NCBI GenBank assembly: GCA_963795675.1
Contig: CAWCJB010000004.1
Coordinates: forward strand, 306,376 to 370,375
Length of the DNA: 64,000 bases
From: an uncultured Solirubrobacterales bacterium
GTDB taxonomy: Bacteria; Actinomycetota; Thermoleophilia; Solirubrobacterales; 70-9
Reading direction: 5' to 3'
Shown here: positions 8,029-16,710 of the stretch, one piece after another
How positions within the stretch are numbered: position 1 is the first letter of the stretch
How the letters are laid out: the number at the start of each line of letters is the position of its first letter
The notes under the pieces: generated by a model
Seen by the model: the letters and a program-made list of their open reading frames with translations, nothing else
Database searches by the model: none
What the model was told of the DNA's origin: nothing
Position numbers and translations under genes: made by a program

Positions 8029-8955
8029 ATGCGCGTCGCCCTCCTCGCGGGCGGCACCGGCGGGGCCAAACTCGCCGCCGGGATGCAGGAGGAGCTCGGC
8101 CCCGACCTCACCGTCATCGCCAATACCGGCGACGACATCGAGACCCTCGGCGTCCACGTCTCCCCCGACCCCGACCTGGTCACCTACTGGCTCTCCGGCG
8201 AAATCGACGCCGAGCGCGGCTGGGGTCTCCGCGACGACACCTTCCGGGTCAGCGAGCGGATGGCCGAGGTCGGCGCCCCCAACTGGTTCAGCCTCGGCGA
8301 CCGCGATCTCGCCACCTGCCTCTACCGGCGTGAGTTCCTCCGCGAGGGCGGCCGCCTCACCGATGCCCAGGCGCAGATCGCCCGCGGCCTAGGCGTCCGC
8401 GCCCGGGTTCTGCCGATGACCGACGAGGCCGTCCGCACCAAGGTCCTCACCGACCTCGGCCGCCGCGACCTGCAGGAGTACCTGATCCTCGACGGCGGCA
8501 AGCCGGAGGTGTTGGGGGTGGAGCTCGACGGGATCGCCGAGGCCCATCCGACCACCGAGGTCGTCAACGCCCTCCGCGCCGCCGACCTGATCGTCGTCGG
8601 ACCCTCCAACCCGGTGATCAGCATCGGCCCGATCCTCGCTGTGCCGGGGATGCGCGAAGCGATCCAGGCTTCCGTCGCCCCGGTCGTCGCCGTCTCCCCC
8701 TACGTCGGCGGCCGCATCGTCAAGGGCCCGACCGACCGCTTCATGGAAGCCCTGGGGCGGCCGACCACGGCGGCGGGCGTCGCCTCCCTCTACGCCGGGC
8801 TGATCGACGCGATGGTCGTCGACGAGGGCGACCCCGACCCTCCCCCGGCCGAGATCCCGACCCTCGTCGCGCCGACCCTGATGGACGGCGCCGCGGGCCG
8901 GGTCCGCCTCGCCCGCACGGTGCTCGACTACGCGGCGACGCTGATCGAGGCATGA
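8029..8955 (+). CDS. cofD: 2-phospho-L-lactate transferase (F420 biosynthesis)
   Basis: MRVALLAGGTGGAKLA...VIANTGDD...SPDPD..TYWL... is typical of CofD/FbiA. The start lies at residue 127 of track ORF 7651..8955. Confidence 0.85.
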   Translation: MRVALLAGGTGGAKLAAGMQEELGPDLTVIANTGDDIETLGVHVSPDPDLVTYWLSGEIDAERGWGLRDDTFRVSERMAEVGAPNWFSLGDRDLATCLYRREFLREGGRLTDAQAQIARGLGVRARVLPMTDEAVRTKVLTDLGRRDLQEYLILDGGKPEVLGVELDGIAEAHPTTEVVNALRAADLIVVGPSNPVISIGPILAVPGMREAIQASVAPVVAVSPYVGGRIVKGPTDRFMEALGRPTTAAGVASLYAGLIDAMVVDEGDPDPPPAEIPTLVAPTLMDGAAGRVRLARTVLDYAATLIEA

Positions 8956-9590
8956 GGGCGACGGCGGTGGTGCCGGTGAAGCGCTTCGCGGTGGCGAAGT
9001 CGCGGCTCGACCCGGGAGTCGAGGAGACCCGCAAGCCAGACCTGGTGGCCGCGATGGTCGCCGACGTCCTCGAGGCGATCGGGTCGGCGCGGCTAATCGA
9101 GCGCACGATCGTGGTCAGTCAGGAGCCGCGGGCGGCGGAGCTCGCCGCGGCGGCGGGAGCCGACCTCCTCAGCGACTTCGACGATGCGAATCACTCCGCC
9201 GCGGCGCTGGCCGGGATCGCCGCCGCCGAGGCGGCCGGGGCGGGCTGCGTCGCCCTCCTTCCCGGCGACTGCCCCCTCCTCGACCCGCGTGAGCTGGACA
9301 AGATGCTGACCGGCGTCCCCGACCCCTACGTCGCCGTGATCCCGGACCGCCACGGGACCGGCACCAACGCACTGGTGCTGGCGCCACCGCGGGCGATCGA
9401 GCCGAGCTTCGGCGAGGGCAGTCGCGAGCGCCACGTCGCCGCGGCGCGAGCCGCCGGCATCCCCTACGGCGTCGAGGAGCTGCCCTCGCTGGGACTCGAC
9501 CTCGACACGCCCGCCGACATCGTGGCCCTCACCATGCGCGTGGAGATGGGCGGCGGGGCGCGGCGGACGGCGAAGGCCCTGGGGATATGA
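8952..9590 (+). CDS. cofC: F420 biosynthesis guanylyltransferase (CofC/FbiD family)
   Basis: N-terminus AVVPVKRFAVAKSRL. ATGA overlap with the cofD stop. Sits between cofD and cofE. Confidence 0.8.
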   Translation: MRATAVVPVKRFAVAKSRLDPGVEETRKPDLVAAMVADVLEAIGSARLIERTIVVSQEPRAAELAAAAGADLLSDFDDANHSAAALAGIAAAEAAGAGCVALLPGDCPLLDPRELDKMLTGVPDPYVAVIPDRHGTGTNALVLAPPRAIEPSFGEGSRERHVAAARAAGIPYGVEELPSLGLDLDTPADIVALTMRVEMGGGARRTAKALGI

Positions 9591-10405
9591 GTCTGGACAG
9601 CGGCGAAGCAGCCCGATCATCACCCCCTAAAAGCCGGTTAGGGGGTGATGATCGGGCTGCCGAAGTGCGCGTCCGGCCGATTCTTGGCGTGCCGGAGATC
9701 GCGGCCGGGGACCCGCTAGGGGAGCTCATCGCACAGTCGGCCGGGGACCTCACCGACGGCGACGTGCTCGTCATCTCCCAGAAGGTCGTCTCCAAGGCCG
9801 AGGGCCGGACCAGGCGGCTCTCATCGGTGATCCCGAGTGCGGAAGCGAGCAAGCTCGCGCGGATCCTCGGCAAGGAGCCGAACATGGTGCAGCTGATCCT
9901 CGAGGAGTCGGCCGAGGTGGTGCGGGCCGAGCGCGGGGTGCTGATCGTCGAGACCCGGCACGGCCTGGTCTGCGCCAATGCCGGGATCGACAACTCGAAC
10001 GTGGCCGGGGACGACACTGTGCTGCTGTTGCCCGAGGACCCTGACGAGTCGGCGCGACGACTGCGGAGCGAGATCGGCGGCGCCGCGGGGGCGCGGATCG
10101 GGGTGGTGATTGCCGACAGCTTCGGCCGCGCCTGGCGGATCGGCCAGGCCGAGGTGGCGATCGGCTGTGCCGGGCTGACGCCGCTGGATGACTGGCGGGG
10201 ACGCCAAGACGCCAACGGGCGCGAGCTGCTGGCGACCCAGATCGCGATCGCCGATGAGGCGGCGGCCGCCGCCGACCTCGTCCGCGACAAGGTGGCGGCG
10301 GTGCCGGCCGCGGTGGTCGGCGGCCTCGGCCGCTGGGTCACCGAGGAGGACGGCCCCGGCGCGGCGGCGATCCGCCGGCCGCGCGAGGACGACCTCTTCC
10401 GCTAG
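9587..10405 (+). CDS. cofE: coenzyme F420:L-glutamate ligase, single-domain form
   Basis: ...ILGVPEIAAGDPLGELI...VISQKVVSKAEGR...ANAGID.SN.... ATGA overlap with the cofC stop. There is an alternative in-frame GTG at 9665, downstream of the palindromic insert. Confidence 0.8.
   Translation: MSLDSGEAARSSPPKSRLGGDDRAAEVRVRPILGVPEIAAGDPLGELIAQSAGDLTDGDVLVISQKVVSKAEGRTRRLSSVIPSAEASKLARILGKEPNMVQLILEESAEVVRAERGVLIVETRHGLVCANAGIDNSNVAGDDTVLLLPEDPDESARRLRSEIGGAAGARIGVVIADSFGRAWRIGQAEVAIGCAGLTPLDDWRGRQDANGRELLATQIAIADEAAAAADLVRDKVAAVPAAVVGGLGRWVTEEDGPGAAAIRRPREDDLFR
9608..9660. repeat. perfect 23-bp inverted repeat (7-nt loop) inside the 5' end of cofE
   Basis: gcagcccgatcatcaccccctaa (9608-9630) pairs with ttagggggtgatgatcgggctgc (9638-9660). 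It is flanked by direct cgaag repeats at 9604-9608 and 9661-9665. Confidence 0.85.
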
Positions 10406-10412
10406 CCGGCGC

Positions 10413-10580
10413 TCAGTTTCTGTGCATGGCGTCGCGGACCTTGTCGATGCCCTCCTTCAGCTTGCCCGAGGCCTTGTCGGCCTTGCCCTCGTTCTTCAAG
10501 TCCTTGTCGCCCGTGAGGTTGCCGGCGGCCTCCTTGACGCGTCCTTTGGCCTCATCGGTGTTGCTTGGCGTATCAGCCAT
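10413..10580 (-). CDS. CsbD-family stress protein
   Basis: 55 aa: MADTPSNTDEAKGRVKEAAGNLTGDKDLKNEGKADKASGKLKEGIDKVRDAM. This is the C-terminal part of track ORF 10413..10997. Confidence 0.8.
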   Translation of the reverse strand: MADTPSNTDEAKGRVKEAAGNLTGDKDLKNEGKADKASGKLKEGIDKVRDAMHRN

Positions 10581-10633
10581 CTGATCCCTTTCCTTCGTTG
10601 TCTTGAAGGACAGGTACCCCGGGCGGAGCAGGG

Positions 10634-11626
10634 CTACGCGAAGACGACGAGGACGGCGGAGCCCTCGATGCGGCCGGCGCGGACGTCCTCCAGCGCCTGC
10701 TGAGCGTCCTCCAGCGGGTACGTGGTGACCGCGGCGCGCACCGGGACGTGGGGGGCGATGCGGAGCAGGTCCTCGCCGTCGGCCCGGGTCAGGTTGGCGA
10801 CCGAGCCGAGCGTCCGCTCCTCCCAGAGCAGGTCGTAGGAGAAGGCCGGGATCTCGCTCATGTGGATGCCGGCGCTGATCACCCGGGCACCGGGCGCGGT
10901 CGCCTTCAGCGCCTGCACCATCAGCGGGCCGACCGCGGCGAAGACGATCGCCCCGTCGAGCTCCTCCGGCGGCAGATCCGAGGACCCTCCCGCCCACTCG
11001 GCGCCGAGGCTGCGGGCGAACGCCTGGCCATCGGCATCCCCGTCGCGGGTGAAGGCGAAGACGCGCCGGCCTTCGTGGACGGCGACCTGGCAGAGGATGT
11101 GGGCGGAGGAGCCGAAGCCGTAGAAGCCGATCCGCTCCGCCTCGCCGACCAGCCGCAGCGCCCGGTAGCCGATCAGCCCGGCGCAGAGGAGCGGCGCCGC
11201 CTCGGCATCGGAGTAGAGGTCGGGGAGCGGGAAGCAGAAGTCCTCGGCGGCGACGGCGAACTCGGCGTAACCACCGTCGACGTCGTAGCCGGTGAAGCGG
11301 GCGTGCTCACAGAGGTTCTCCCGCCCCGAGCGGCAGTACCGGCAGGTGCCGTCGGCCCAGCCGAGCCATGGCACCCCGACCCGCGTCCCGACCGCGAAGC
11401 GCTCCGCTTCCTCGCCCGTCCCGACCACCTCGCCGACGATCTGGTGCCCCATCACCAGCGGCAGCTTCGGCTCGCCCTGGAGCTCGTCGTCGTAGATGTG
11501 GAGGTCGGTGCGGCAGACCCCGCAGGTCTTCACCGCGAGCTTGATCTGGCCCGGGCCGGGCTCCGGCTCGGGGAGGTCGGCGGCTCGCAGCGGTCGGTGC
11601 GGGCGGTCGAGGACCATGGCCCGCAT
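10634..11626 (-). CDS. zinc-dependent alcohol dehydrogenase (MDR family)
   Basis: CGVCRTDLH, GH.IVGEV, and structural-zinc CxxC..C motifs. 330 aa. Confidence 0.85.
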   Translation of the reverse strand: MRAMVLDRPHRPLRAADLPEPEPGPGQIKLAVKTCGVCRTDLHIYDDELQGEPKLPLVMGHQIVGEVVGTGEEAERFAVGTRVGVPWLGWADGTCRYCRSGRENLCEHARFTGYDVDGGYAEFAVAAEDFCFPLPDLYSDAEAAPLLCAGLIGYRALRLVGEAERIGFYGFGSSAHILCQVAVHEGRRVFAFTRDGDADGQAFARSLGAEWAGGSSDLPPEELDGAIVFAAVGPLMVQALKATAPGARVISAGIHMSEIPAFSYDLLWEERTLGSVANLTRADGEDLLRIAPHVPVRAAVTTYPLEDAQQALEDVRAGRIEGSAVLVVFA

Positions 11627-11630
11627 CGGC

Positions 11631-13823
11631 CTAGTAGGTCTCGAGGATCTCGTAGAGCGTCGTGCGCTGGGCGGGCTCGCGGCCGGCCTTGCGGGCTGCC
11701 GCGACCAGGTCTTCGACCTCCAGTTTCACCCCGTGCTGGGACCCGGCCATGCGCGAGATGTTCTCCTCCATCAGCGTCCCGCCGAGGTCGTTGACGCCCC
11801 AGCGGAGCGCCTCGGTGGCGCCCTCGAGCCCCATCTTCACCCAGCTGGCCTGCAGGTTGGTGATCGACCTGCCGAGCGCCAGGCGGAAGGCGGCGGTGTG
11901 CTTCAGGTTCTCCCGCACGGTGATCTCTTCGATCCCGTGGGTGCGCCCGAGCAGCGTGTTGAAGGGGATGAAGCTGAGCGGCACGAACTCGGTGATGCCG
12001 CCGGTCCGTTCCTGCAGCGAACGCACGACCGTCATGTGGCGGGCGAGCTCGCGCGGCTCCTCGATGTGGCCGAACATCACGGTCGAGGTCGAGCGCAGGC
12101 CGGCCCGGTGGGAGGCTTCGATGATCTCGACCCAGCGCCCGGCGGGGAGCTTGTTCGGCGAGATCCGCTGCCGGACCCCGTCGTCGAGCACCTCGGCCGC
12201 CGTCCCCGGGGTCGAGCCGAGTCCGCACTCGAGCAGGTATTCGAAGACTTCCCCGGGCTCCTTGCCGGAGCGCTCGCAGGCATGGTTGATCTCCATCGGC
12301 GAGTAGGCGTGGAGGTGCAGCTGCGGCGCCGTCTCCTTGGCGAGCGCCAGCCAGCGCCCGTACTCCTCCAGGGTCAGGTCCGGGTGGATCCCCCCCTGCA
12401 TGCAGAGCTCGGTGGCGCCGAACTCGACCGCCTCCTCGATCCGCGAGGCGAAGTCGGGCTCGGCGACTTCGTAGGCATCGGGGGAGCGCTTGCCCTGCCC
12501 GAACCCGCAGAAGGCGCAGCCGACGACGCAGATGTTGGTGAAGTTGATGTTCCGGTTGACGACGAAGGTGGCGACGTCACCGGCCAGTTCCTGGCGCAGC
12601 TCGTCGGCGGCGACCCGCATCTCCTCGATCACCTCCGGCCGCGTCTCGGCGAACAGCGCCGTCATCTCATCCTCGGTGAGCGGCGTCCCCTCGCGCCCTT
12701 TCGCGATCGCCCGGGGAGCCAGCCCGGCGTCGAGATCCTCTTCCGAGCGCCTACCGGAGCCACGCCGCGGGATGAAGCTCCAGTACTTCAGCTTGATGAC
12801 GTCAAGGACGCCCTGCTCCATCCAGTCCATGTCCATGTACTGGGGATAGACGCAGAGTCGCTCGGTCAGCGCATAGCCCCGCGGCGCCAGCTCCTTGCGC
12901 ACCTGATGCGGCGAGGGGAACGGCTCCTCCGGCGAGATGTGGTCGCCGTTGGCGCTCAGCCCCCCGAGGTCCGTGGCCCCGGCTTCGACCAGCTCGGGCC
13001 ACCAGTCACTCAGGTTCGGCGGCACCTGCACCCCCACGTCCGGCATCAGGCGCTTGCACTCCTGGATCAGGCGCTTGATCTCGTCGAGGTCGACCGGTTC
13101 CGCCCAGGAAGGAAGCGGCACGTCGGCAGCAGCCGGCTCGTCGCCGCTCCAGCGGGCCTTCGACGCCTCGTCGGCGATCTCCGCCACCTCGGCCCCGTAG
13201 TAGCGCGGATGGGGGACGAAGTTCTGGAGGATGACCTCCTGGATGTGGCCGTACTTCTCGTGGACGGCTGCGATCGCTTCCAGGGATTCGACCCGTGACT
13301 CAGGGGACTCGCCGATGCCGACCAGGATGCCGGTCGTGAACGGGATCTTCAGCTCGCCGGCGGCTTCGATGGTCGCCAGCCGTTCCTTCGGATGCTTGGT
13401 AGGGCTGCCGGCGTGGACGGTCTCCATCAACGACTCGTCGACCGACTCGAGCATCAGCCCCTGGCTCGCGGTCACCTCGCGCAGCCTCGTGAGGTCTCCC
13501 TTCGAGAGCACGCCGAGATTCGTGTGCGGCAGCATCCCCCGCTCCATCGCCTTTTCGCAGGCCCAGACCACATAGCTGGTGAAGTCGTCGTGCCCCCAGG
13601 CGGCCAGGCGTTCGGCGACCACGGGGTTGACCTCCGGCTTCTCGCCGGTCAGGACCAGCAGCTCCTTGGTGTTGCGTTTGACCGCTTCGTCGAGGATCCG
13701 TTCGACGTCGACCGGCGCGTGCAGATGCGCCTGGTGCGTGGCGAAGGCGCAGTACTTGCAGTAGCACTGGCAGGTCCGCGAAAGCGAAAGGGTGAAGTTG
13801 CGGGAGAAAGTAACCCGTTGCAC
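11631..13823 (-). CDS. fbiC: FO synthase (fused CofG/CofH radical-SAM enzyme)
   Basis: Two radical-SAM cores (CQCYCKYCAF and CVVGCAFCGF). The GTG at 13823 is preferred because the track start at 14009 would overlap the upstream aquaporin gene. Confidence 0.85.
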   Translation of the reverse strand: MQRVTFSRNFTLSLSRTCQCYCKYCAFATHQAHLHAPVDVERILDEAVKRNTKELLVLTGEKPEVNPVVAERLAAWGHDDFTSYVVWACEKAMERGMLPHTNLGVLSKGDLTRLREVTASQGLMLESVDESLMETVHAGSPTKHPKERLATIEAAGELKIPFTTGILVGIGESPESRVESLEAIAAVHEKYGHIQEVILQNFVPHPRYYGAEVAEIADEASKARWSGDEPAAADVPLPSWAEPVDLDEIKRLIQECKRLMPDVGVQVPPNLSDWWPELVEAGATDLGGLSANGDHISPEEPFPSPHQVRKELAPRGYALTERLCVYPQYMDMDWMEQGVLDVIKLKYWSFIPRRGSGRRSEEDLDAGLAPRAIAKGREGTPLTEDEMTALFAETRPEVIEEMRVAADELRQELAGDVATFVVNRNINFTNICVVGCAFCGFGQGKRSPDAYEVAEPDFASRIEEAVEFGATELCMQGGIHPDLTLEEYGRWLALAKETAPQLHLHAYSPMEINHACERSGKEPGEVFEYLLECGLGSTPGTAAEVLDDGVRQRISPNKLPAGRWVEIIEASHRAGLRSTSTVMFGHIEEPRELARHMTVVRSLQERTGGITEFVPLSFIPFNTLLGRTHGIEEITVRENLKHTAAFRLALGRSITNLQASWVKMGLEGATEALRWGVNDLGGTLMEENISRMAGSQHGVKLEVEDLVAAARKAGREPAQRTTLYEILETY

Positions 13824-13914
13824 CCCGGCAAAGCTACAGGGCGCGCCAGCTCGGCCGGACGCGCCCTGTTCCCATCTGGGGGTCAGGCCTGGCGGGACGC
13901 GCCAGGCCCTCGCC

Positions 13915-14700
13915 CTAGTCTTTTTTCGGCTCGGCCGGGCCGGCGCCTTTGCCACCGCGGGCGGCGGCGGGAGCGACCCGCTGCGGCGGCTCGACCGGGG
14001 ACGGGCCACCGGCCTCGATCACGAAGCGCCAGACGCCTACCGCGACGAGCGCGCCGACCACCGGACCGACCAGGTACGGCCAGACGCCGCCCCATTCGTT
14101 GGAGACGAGCGCGGCGCCGAACCAACGGGCCGGGTTGAAGCAGGCGCCGGTCAGCGGACCGCCGACCATGACCATGAAGACGAAGGTGAGGCCGATCGCC
14201 AGCGGGCCCCAGTCCTTGAGGCTCTTCTCGGAGAAGACCACCGCGAGGATCACCAGCACGAGGGCGAAGACGCCGATCGCCTCGACCGCCGCCCCGGCGA
14301 CGTTGCCGGAGAGCAGGCTGCTGACCGAGCCGGCGCCGTAGTGGACGGCGCGACCCTCATCGAGCAGCAGGCCCTTGGTGAGCAGCGCGCCGAGCACCGC
14401 GCCCGAGAGCTGGGCGAGGATGTAGATGATTCCGTCGATCAGACTGATCTTCTTGATCGTGAACGCGGCCAAGGTGACGGCCGGGTTGAAGTGCCCGCCG
14501 CTGACCGCGCCGAACATGCAGATCACACCGAAGAGCGTCAGTCCCTGGACGAAGCCGACCACGGCGAAGTCCGAACCGAACGACGACTGGGCGCCGGTCG
14601 AGACGTAAAGAGTGACGACGCTGGTGATGAAAAAGACCAGCAAGAACGTGCCGATCAGCTCCGCAAGGTATGCGGAAAGTCCTTTTTGCTCCAGCTCCAC
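13915..14700 (-). CDS. MIP-family channel (aquaporin/glycerol facilitator)
   Basis: Two NPA boxes (GGHFNPAVT and CFNPARW). GTG at 14700 is preceded by AGGAGG 10 nt upstream. Confidence 0.85.
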   Translation of the reverse strand: MELEQKGLSAYLAELIGTFLLVFFITSVVTLYVSTGAQSSFGSDFAVVGFVQGLTLFGVICMFGAVSGGHFNPAVTLAAFTIKKISLIDGIIYILAQLSGAVLGALLTKGLLLDEGRAVHYGAGSVSSLLSGNVAGAAVEAIGVFALVLVILAVVFSEKSLKDWGPLAIGLTFVFMVMVGGPLTGACFNPARWFGAALVSNEWGGVWPYLVGPVVGALVAVGVWRFVIEAGGPSPVEPPQRVAPAAARGGKGAGPAEPKKD

Positions 14701-14820
14701 TCTTCGTTCCCCTCCTAGAAATTTTGTCCCAAACGGATGGTCGCGGACATCTTGTCCTGACCAAAAATGAAGCGGCGGCAGTCTACCCACATTTCCTCAA
14801 AGAATTAGGGTGCCGTCCAG

Positions 14821-15780
14821 ATGAGACGGGCTGTCGCGCTGCTGGCGGCCGCCCTGCTGCTCGCCGGCGTCGCCGGCTGCGGCGGGAGCGGTGCGGAACC
14901 GGGCGTGCCGAAAGGCGCGACCATCGTGCTTGATTTCACCCCGAATGCGGTGCATTCCGGGATCTACGCAGCGCAGGCCGAGGGCTTCTACGAAGACGCC
15001 GGGATCGACCTCCACATCCAGGTCCCGGGCGAATCGACCGACGCGCCGAAGCTGCTCGCCGCCGGGCGCACCGACTTCGCGATCCTCGACATCACCGACC
15101 TCGGCATCGCCGACGAGAAGGGGCTCGAACTGGTCGGCCTGATGCCGATCGTGCAGCGGCCGCTGGCCGCGGTGCTGGCCCGCCGCGACGGCCCGGTCAA
15201 ACGCCCGCGTGACATGGACGGCAACACCGTGGGGGTCACCGGCCTCCCCTCCGACACCGCCGTGGTCCGCTCCGAGGTGGCCGGCGACGGCGGCGATCCG
15301 GACGGGGTCGACGAAGTGACGATCGGCTTCAACGCGGTGAGTGCGCTGGCGGCGGGCAAGGTCGACGCGTCGACCGGGTTCTGGAACGCCGAGGCGGTCG
15401 AGGCCGAACGCAAAGGCATCCCGCTGCGCGTCTTCAAAGTCGACGAGTACGGGGCGCCCCGCTACCCAGAGCTGATCCTGACGACGACGCGCAAGGAGCT
15501 CGAAGACGAACCGGCGATGGTCGAAGACATGGTCGCGGCGACGCGACGCGGCTACAACTTCGCCGTGTCCGAGCCGCAGGCGGCACTCGGCGACCTGCTG
15601 GCGGCGAATCCGAGCCTCGAACGCGCCGACCAGGCCGCCCAGCTAAAGGTCCTCCTCCCCGCCCTGAAGCCCCTGCCCTTCGACGAGGCGGTGCTGAAGG
15701 AATGGTCCGCCTGGGCAAGCGAACACGAACTGCTGCCGCAACCGGCAGACGTGCGCAAGACGTTCGACCTCGGTGACTAG
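14821..15780 (+). CDS. ABC-transporter substrate-binding lipoprotein, NMT1/THI5 (NitT/TauT-like) family
   Basis: Lipobox VAGC. ...LDFTPNAVHSGIYAAQAEGFYEDAGID... is typical of NMT1-like binding proteins. Confidence 0.7.
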   Translation: MRRAVALLAAALLLAGVAGCGGSGAEPGVPKGATIVLDFTPNAVHSGIYAAQAEGFYEDAGIDLHIQVPGESTDAPKLLAAGRTDFAILDITDLGIADEKGLELVGLMPIVQRPLAAVLARRDGPVKRPRDMDGNTVGVTGLPSDTAVVRSEVAGDGGDPDGVDEVTIGFNAVSALAAGKVDASTGFWNAEAVEAERKGIPLRVFKVDEYGAPRYPELILTTTRKELEDEPAMVEDMVAATRRGYNFAVSEPQAALGDLLAANPSLERADQAAQLKVLLPALKPLPFDEAVLKEWSAWASEHELLPQPADVRKTFDLGD

Positions 15781-15784
15781 CCCC

Positions 15785-15819
15785 CTGACCCTTGTCGCCC
15801 TGTGGGCGACAAGGGTCAG
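15785..15819. terminator. stem-loop between convergent genes
   Basis: 16-bp perfect stem ctgacccttgtcgccc / gggcgacaagggtcag with a 3-nt loop. Confidence 0.7.
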
Positions 15820-16140
15820 TCAGTCGAGCAGGGCGGCGACCAGGTCCGGCAGTTCGCGGGACATCCGCGAACGCGGCACCACTTGCGCCAGGCCGGCGGC
15901 GTCGGCGCGCTTCTTCGTCTCGGCGTCGACGTGGGAGTAGTAGCCGAGCACCGGGACCCCGGTCGCGGCCAGCTCCTCGGGATCGGCGACTTCGAGGTCG
16001 GCGACGATCAGCTCGGCCTCGTCGAGCGGCGCCCCGGCCACCGACTGGGCCAGCACCACGTGGTGCCCGGCCGCGGTCAGCCCGGCGTCGACCCGGCTGG
16101 CGAGCATCAGATCGGTGGCGATCGAGACGACGCGGGCCAT
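15820..16140 (-). CDS. hypothetical protein (106 aa)
   Basis: MARVVSIATDLMLASRV.... ATG at 16140. C-terminal part of track ORF 15820..16470. No family recognised. Confidence 0.5.
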   Translation of the reverse strand: MARVVSIATDLMLASRVDAGLTAAGHHVVLAQSVAGAPLDEAELIVADLEVADPEELAATGVPVLGYYSHVDAETKKRADAAGLAQVVPRSRMSRELPDLVAALLD

Positions 16141-16165
16141 CGGTACCGCTAGTCCCGGCGCCGCA

Positions 16166-16328
16166 AGTGCCGTGCCGGGTGACGTTCGCCCGGTTCTGGC
16201 GCAGTCATCGGCGTGGCTGGCAAGGACGCAGACCCGAAGGCGTGGCAGCGCCACGTCGAGCGGTCGAGGACGCTGCCAGACGCGGCGAGGGCAAGCCAGA
16301 GAGGGTGAACGTTGCCTGGCACGGCACT
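16166..16328. mobile_element. 163-bp MITE-like element, copy A
   Basis: Terminal inverted repeats agtgccgtgccgggtgacgttc / gaacgttgcctggcacggcact (19 of 22 bases paired). About 88% identical to the reverse complement of 24443..24605. Confidence 0.8.
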
Positions 16329-16690
16329 CAGATGTTGCGGCGCTCGCGGAACTCCTCGCGGACGCTTTCCGGGCGTCCCCACATCTGCACGACCTCGGAG
16401 CGGCCCTCGCGCACCTCGGCGACGCGGAGCTCTCCCGCGATCCCCTCGGCGTCGAGCTTCGCCAGCACACCTTCGACCGTCTCCGCCGCGGCCGCGTGGC
16501 CGAAGCTGTGGGCGACGACCAGCCGCCAGTGCCACTCGCGCCGGTCGTAGACCTGGGCGTTCACCTGGCTGACGAAGACCGCGGTGTCGATGTAGCGGCT
16601 CTCGTCCTCGATCCGCAGGTCGACCTCGAGGTCGGTCCAGTCGGGCGGCAGGGCGTCGACGATGCGCTGGAAGTCCTCGGCGAGTGCCAT
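16328..16690 (-). CDS. hypothetical protein (120 aa)
   Basis: MALAEDFQRIVDALPPDWTDLEVDL.... This is the real C-terminal part of track ORF 16328..17800, with coding-like composition. Confidence 0.5.
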   Translation of the reverse strand: MALAEDFQRIVDALPPDWTDLEVDLRIEDESRYIDTAVFVSQVNAQVYDRREWHWRLVVAHSFGHAAAAETVEGVLAKLDAEGIAGELRVAEVREGRSEVVQMWGRPESVREEFRERRNI

Positions 16691-16710
16691 CGCCGCCAAG
16701 GCTACCGCTC

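Noticed and set aside
11496-13298. 600-aa plus-strand ORF. Other very long ORFs behave the same way: 25895..27739 (most of it), 30246..32936 (most of it), 22521..23975, 39468..40799, 43378..45108, 44438..46165, 46695..48083, 59381..61156 and 61979..63634.
   Set aside because: They are antisense to, or out of frame with, genes that have clear family motifs. Their translations are Arg/Gly/Pro/Asp-rich low-complexity sequence, which is typical of non-coding frames in roughly 70% GC DNA.
14780-14835. Possible TPP riboswitch upstream of the NMT1/THI5-like binding protein (ttagggtgccgtccagatgagacggg resembles GGGGUGC...CUGAGA).
   Set aside because: The match covers only one short segment and already overlaps the start codon. 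The rest of the roughly 100-nt aptamer, including the pyrophosphate-sensing helix, is absent.
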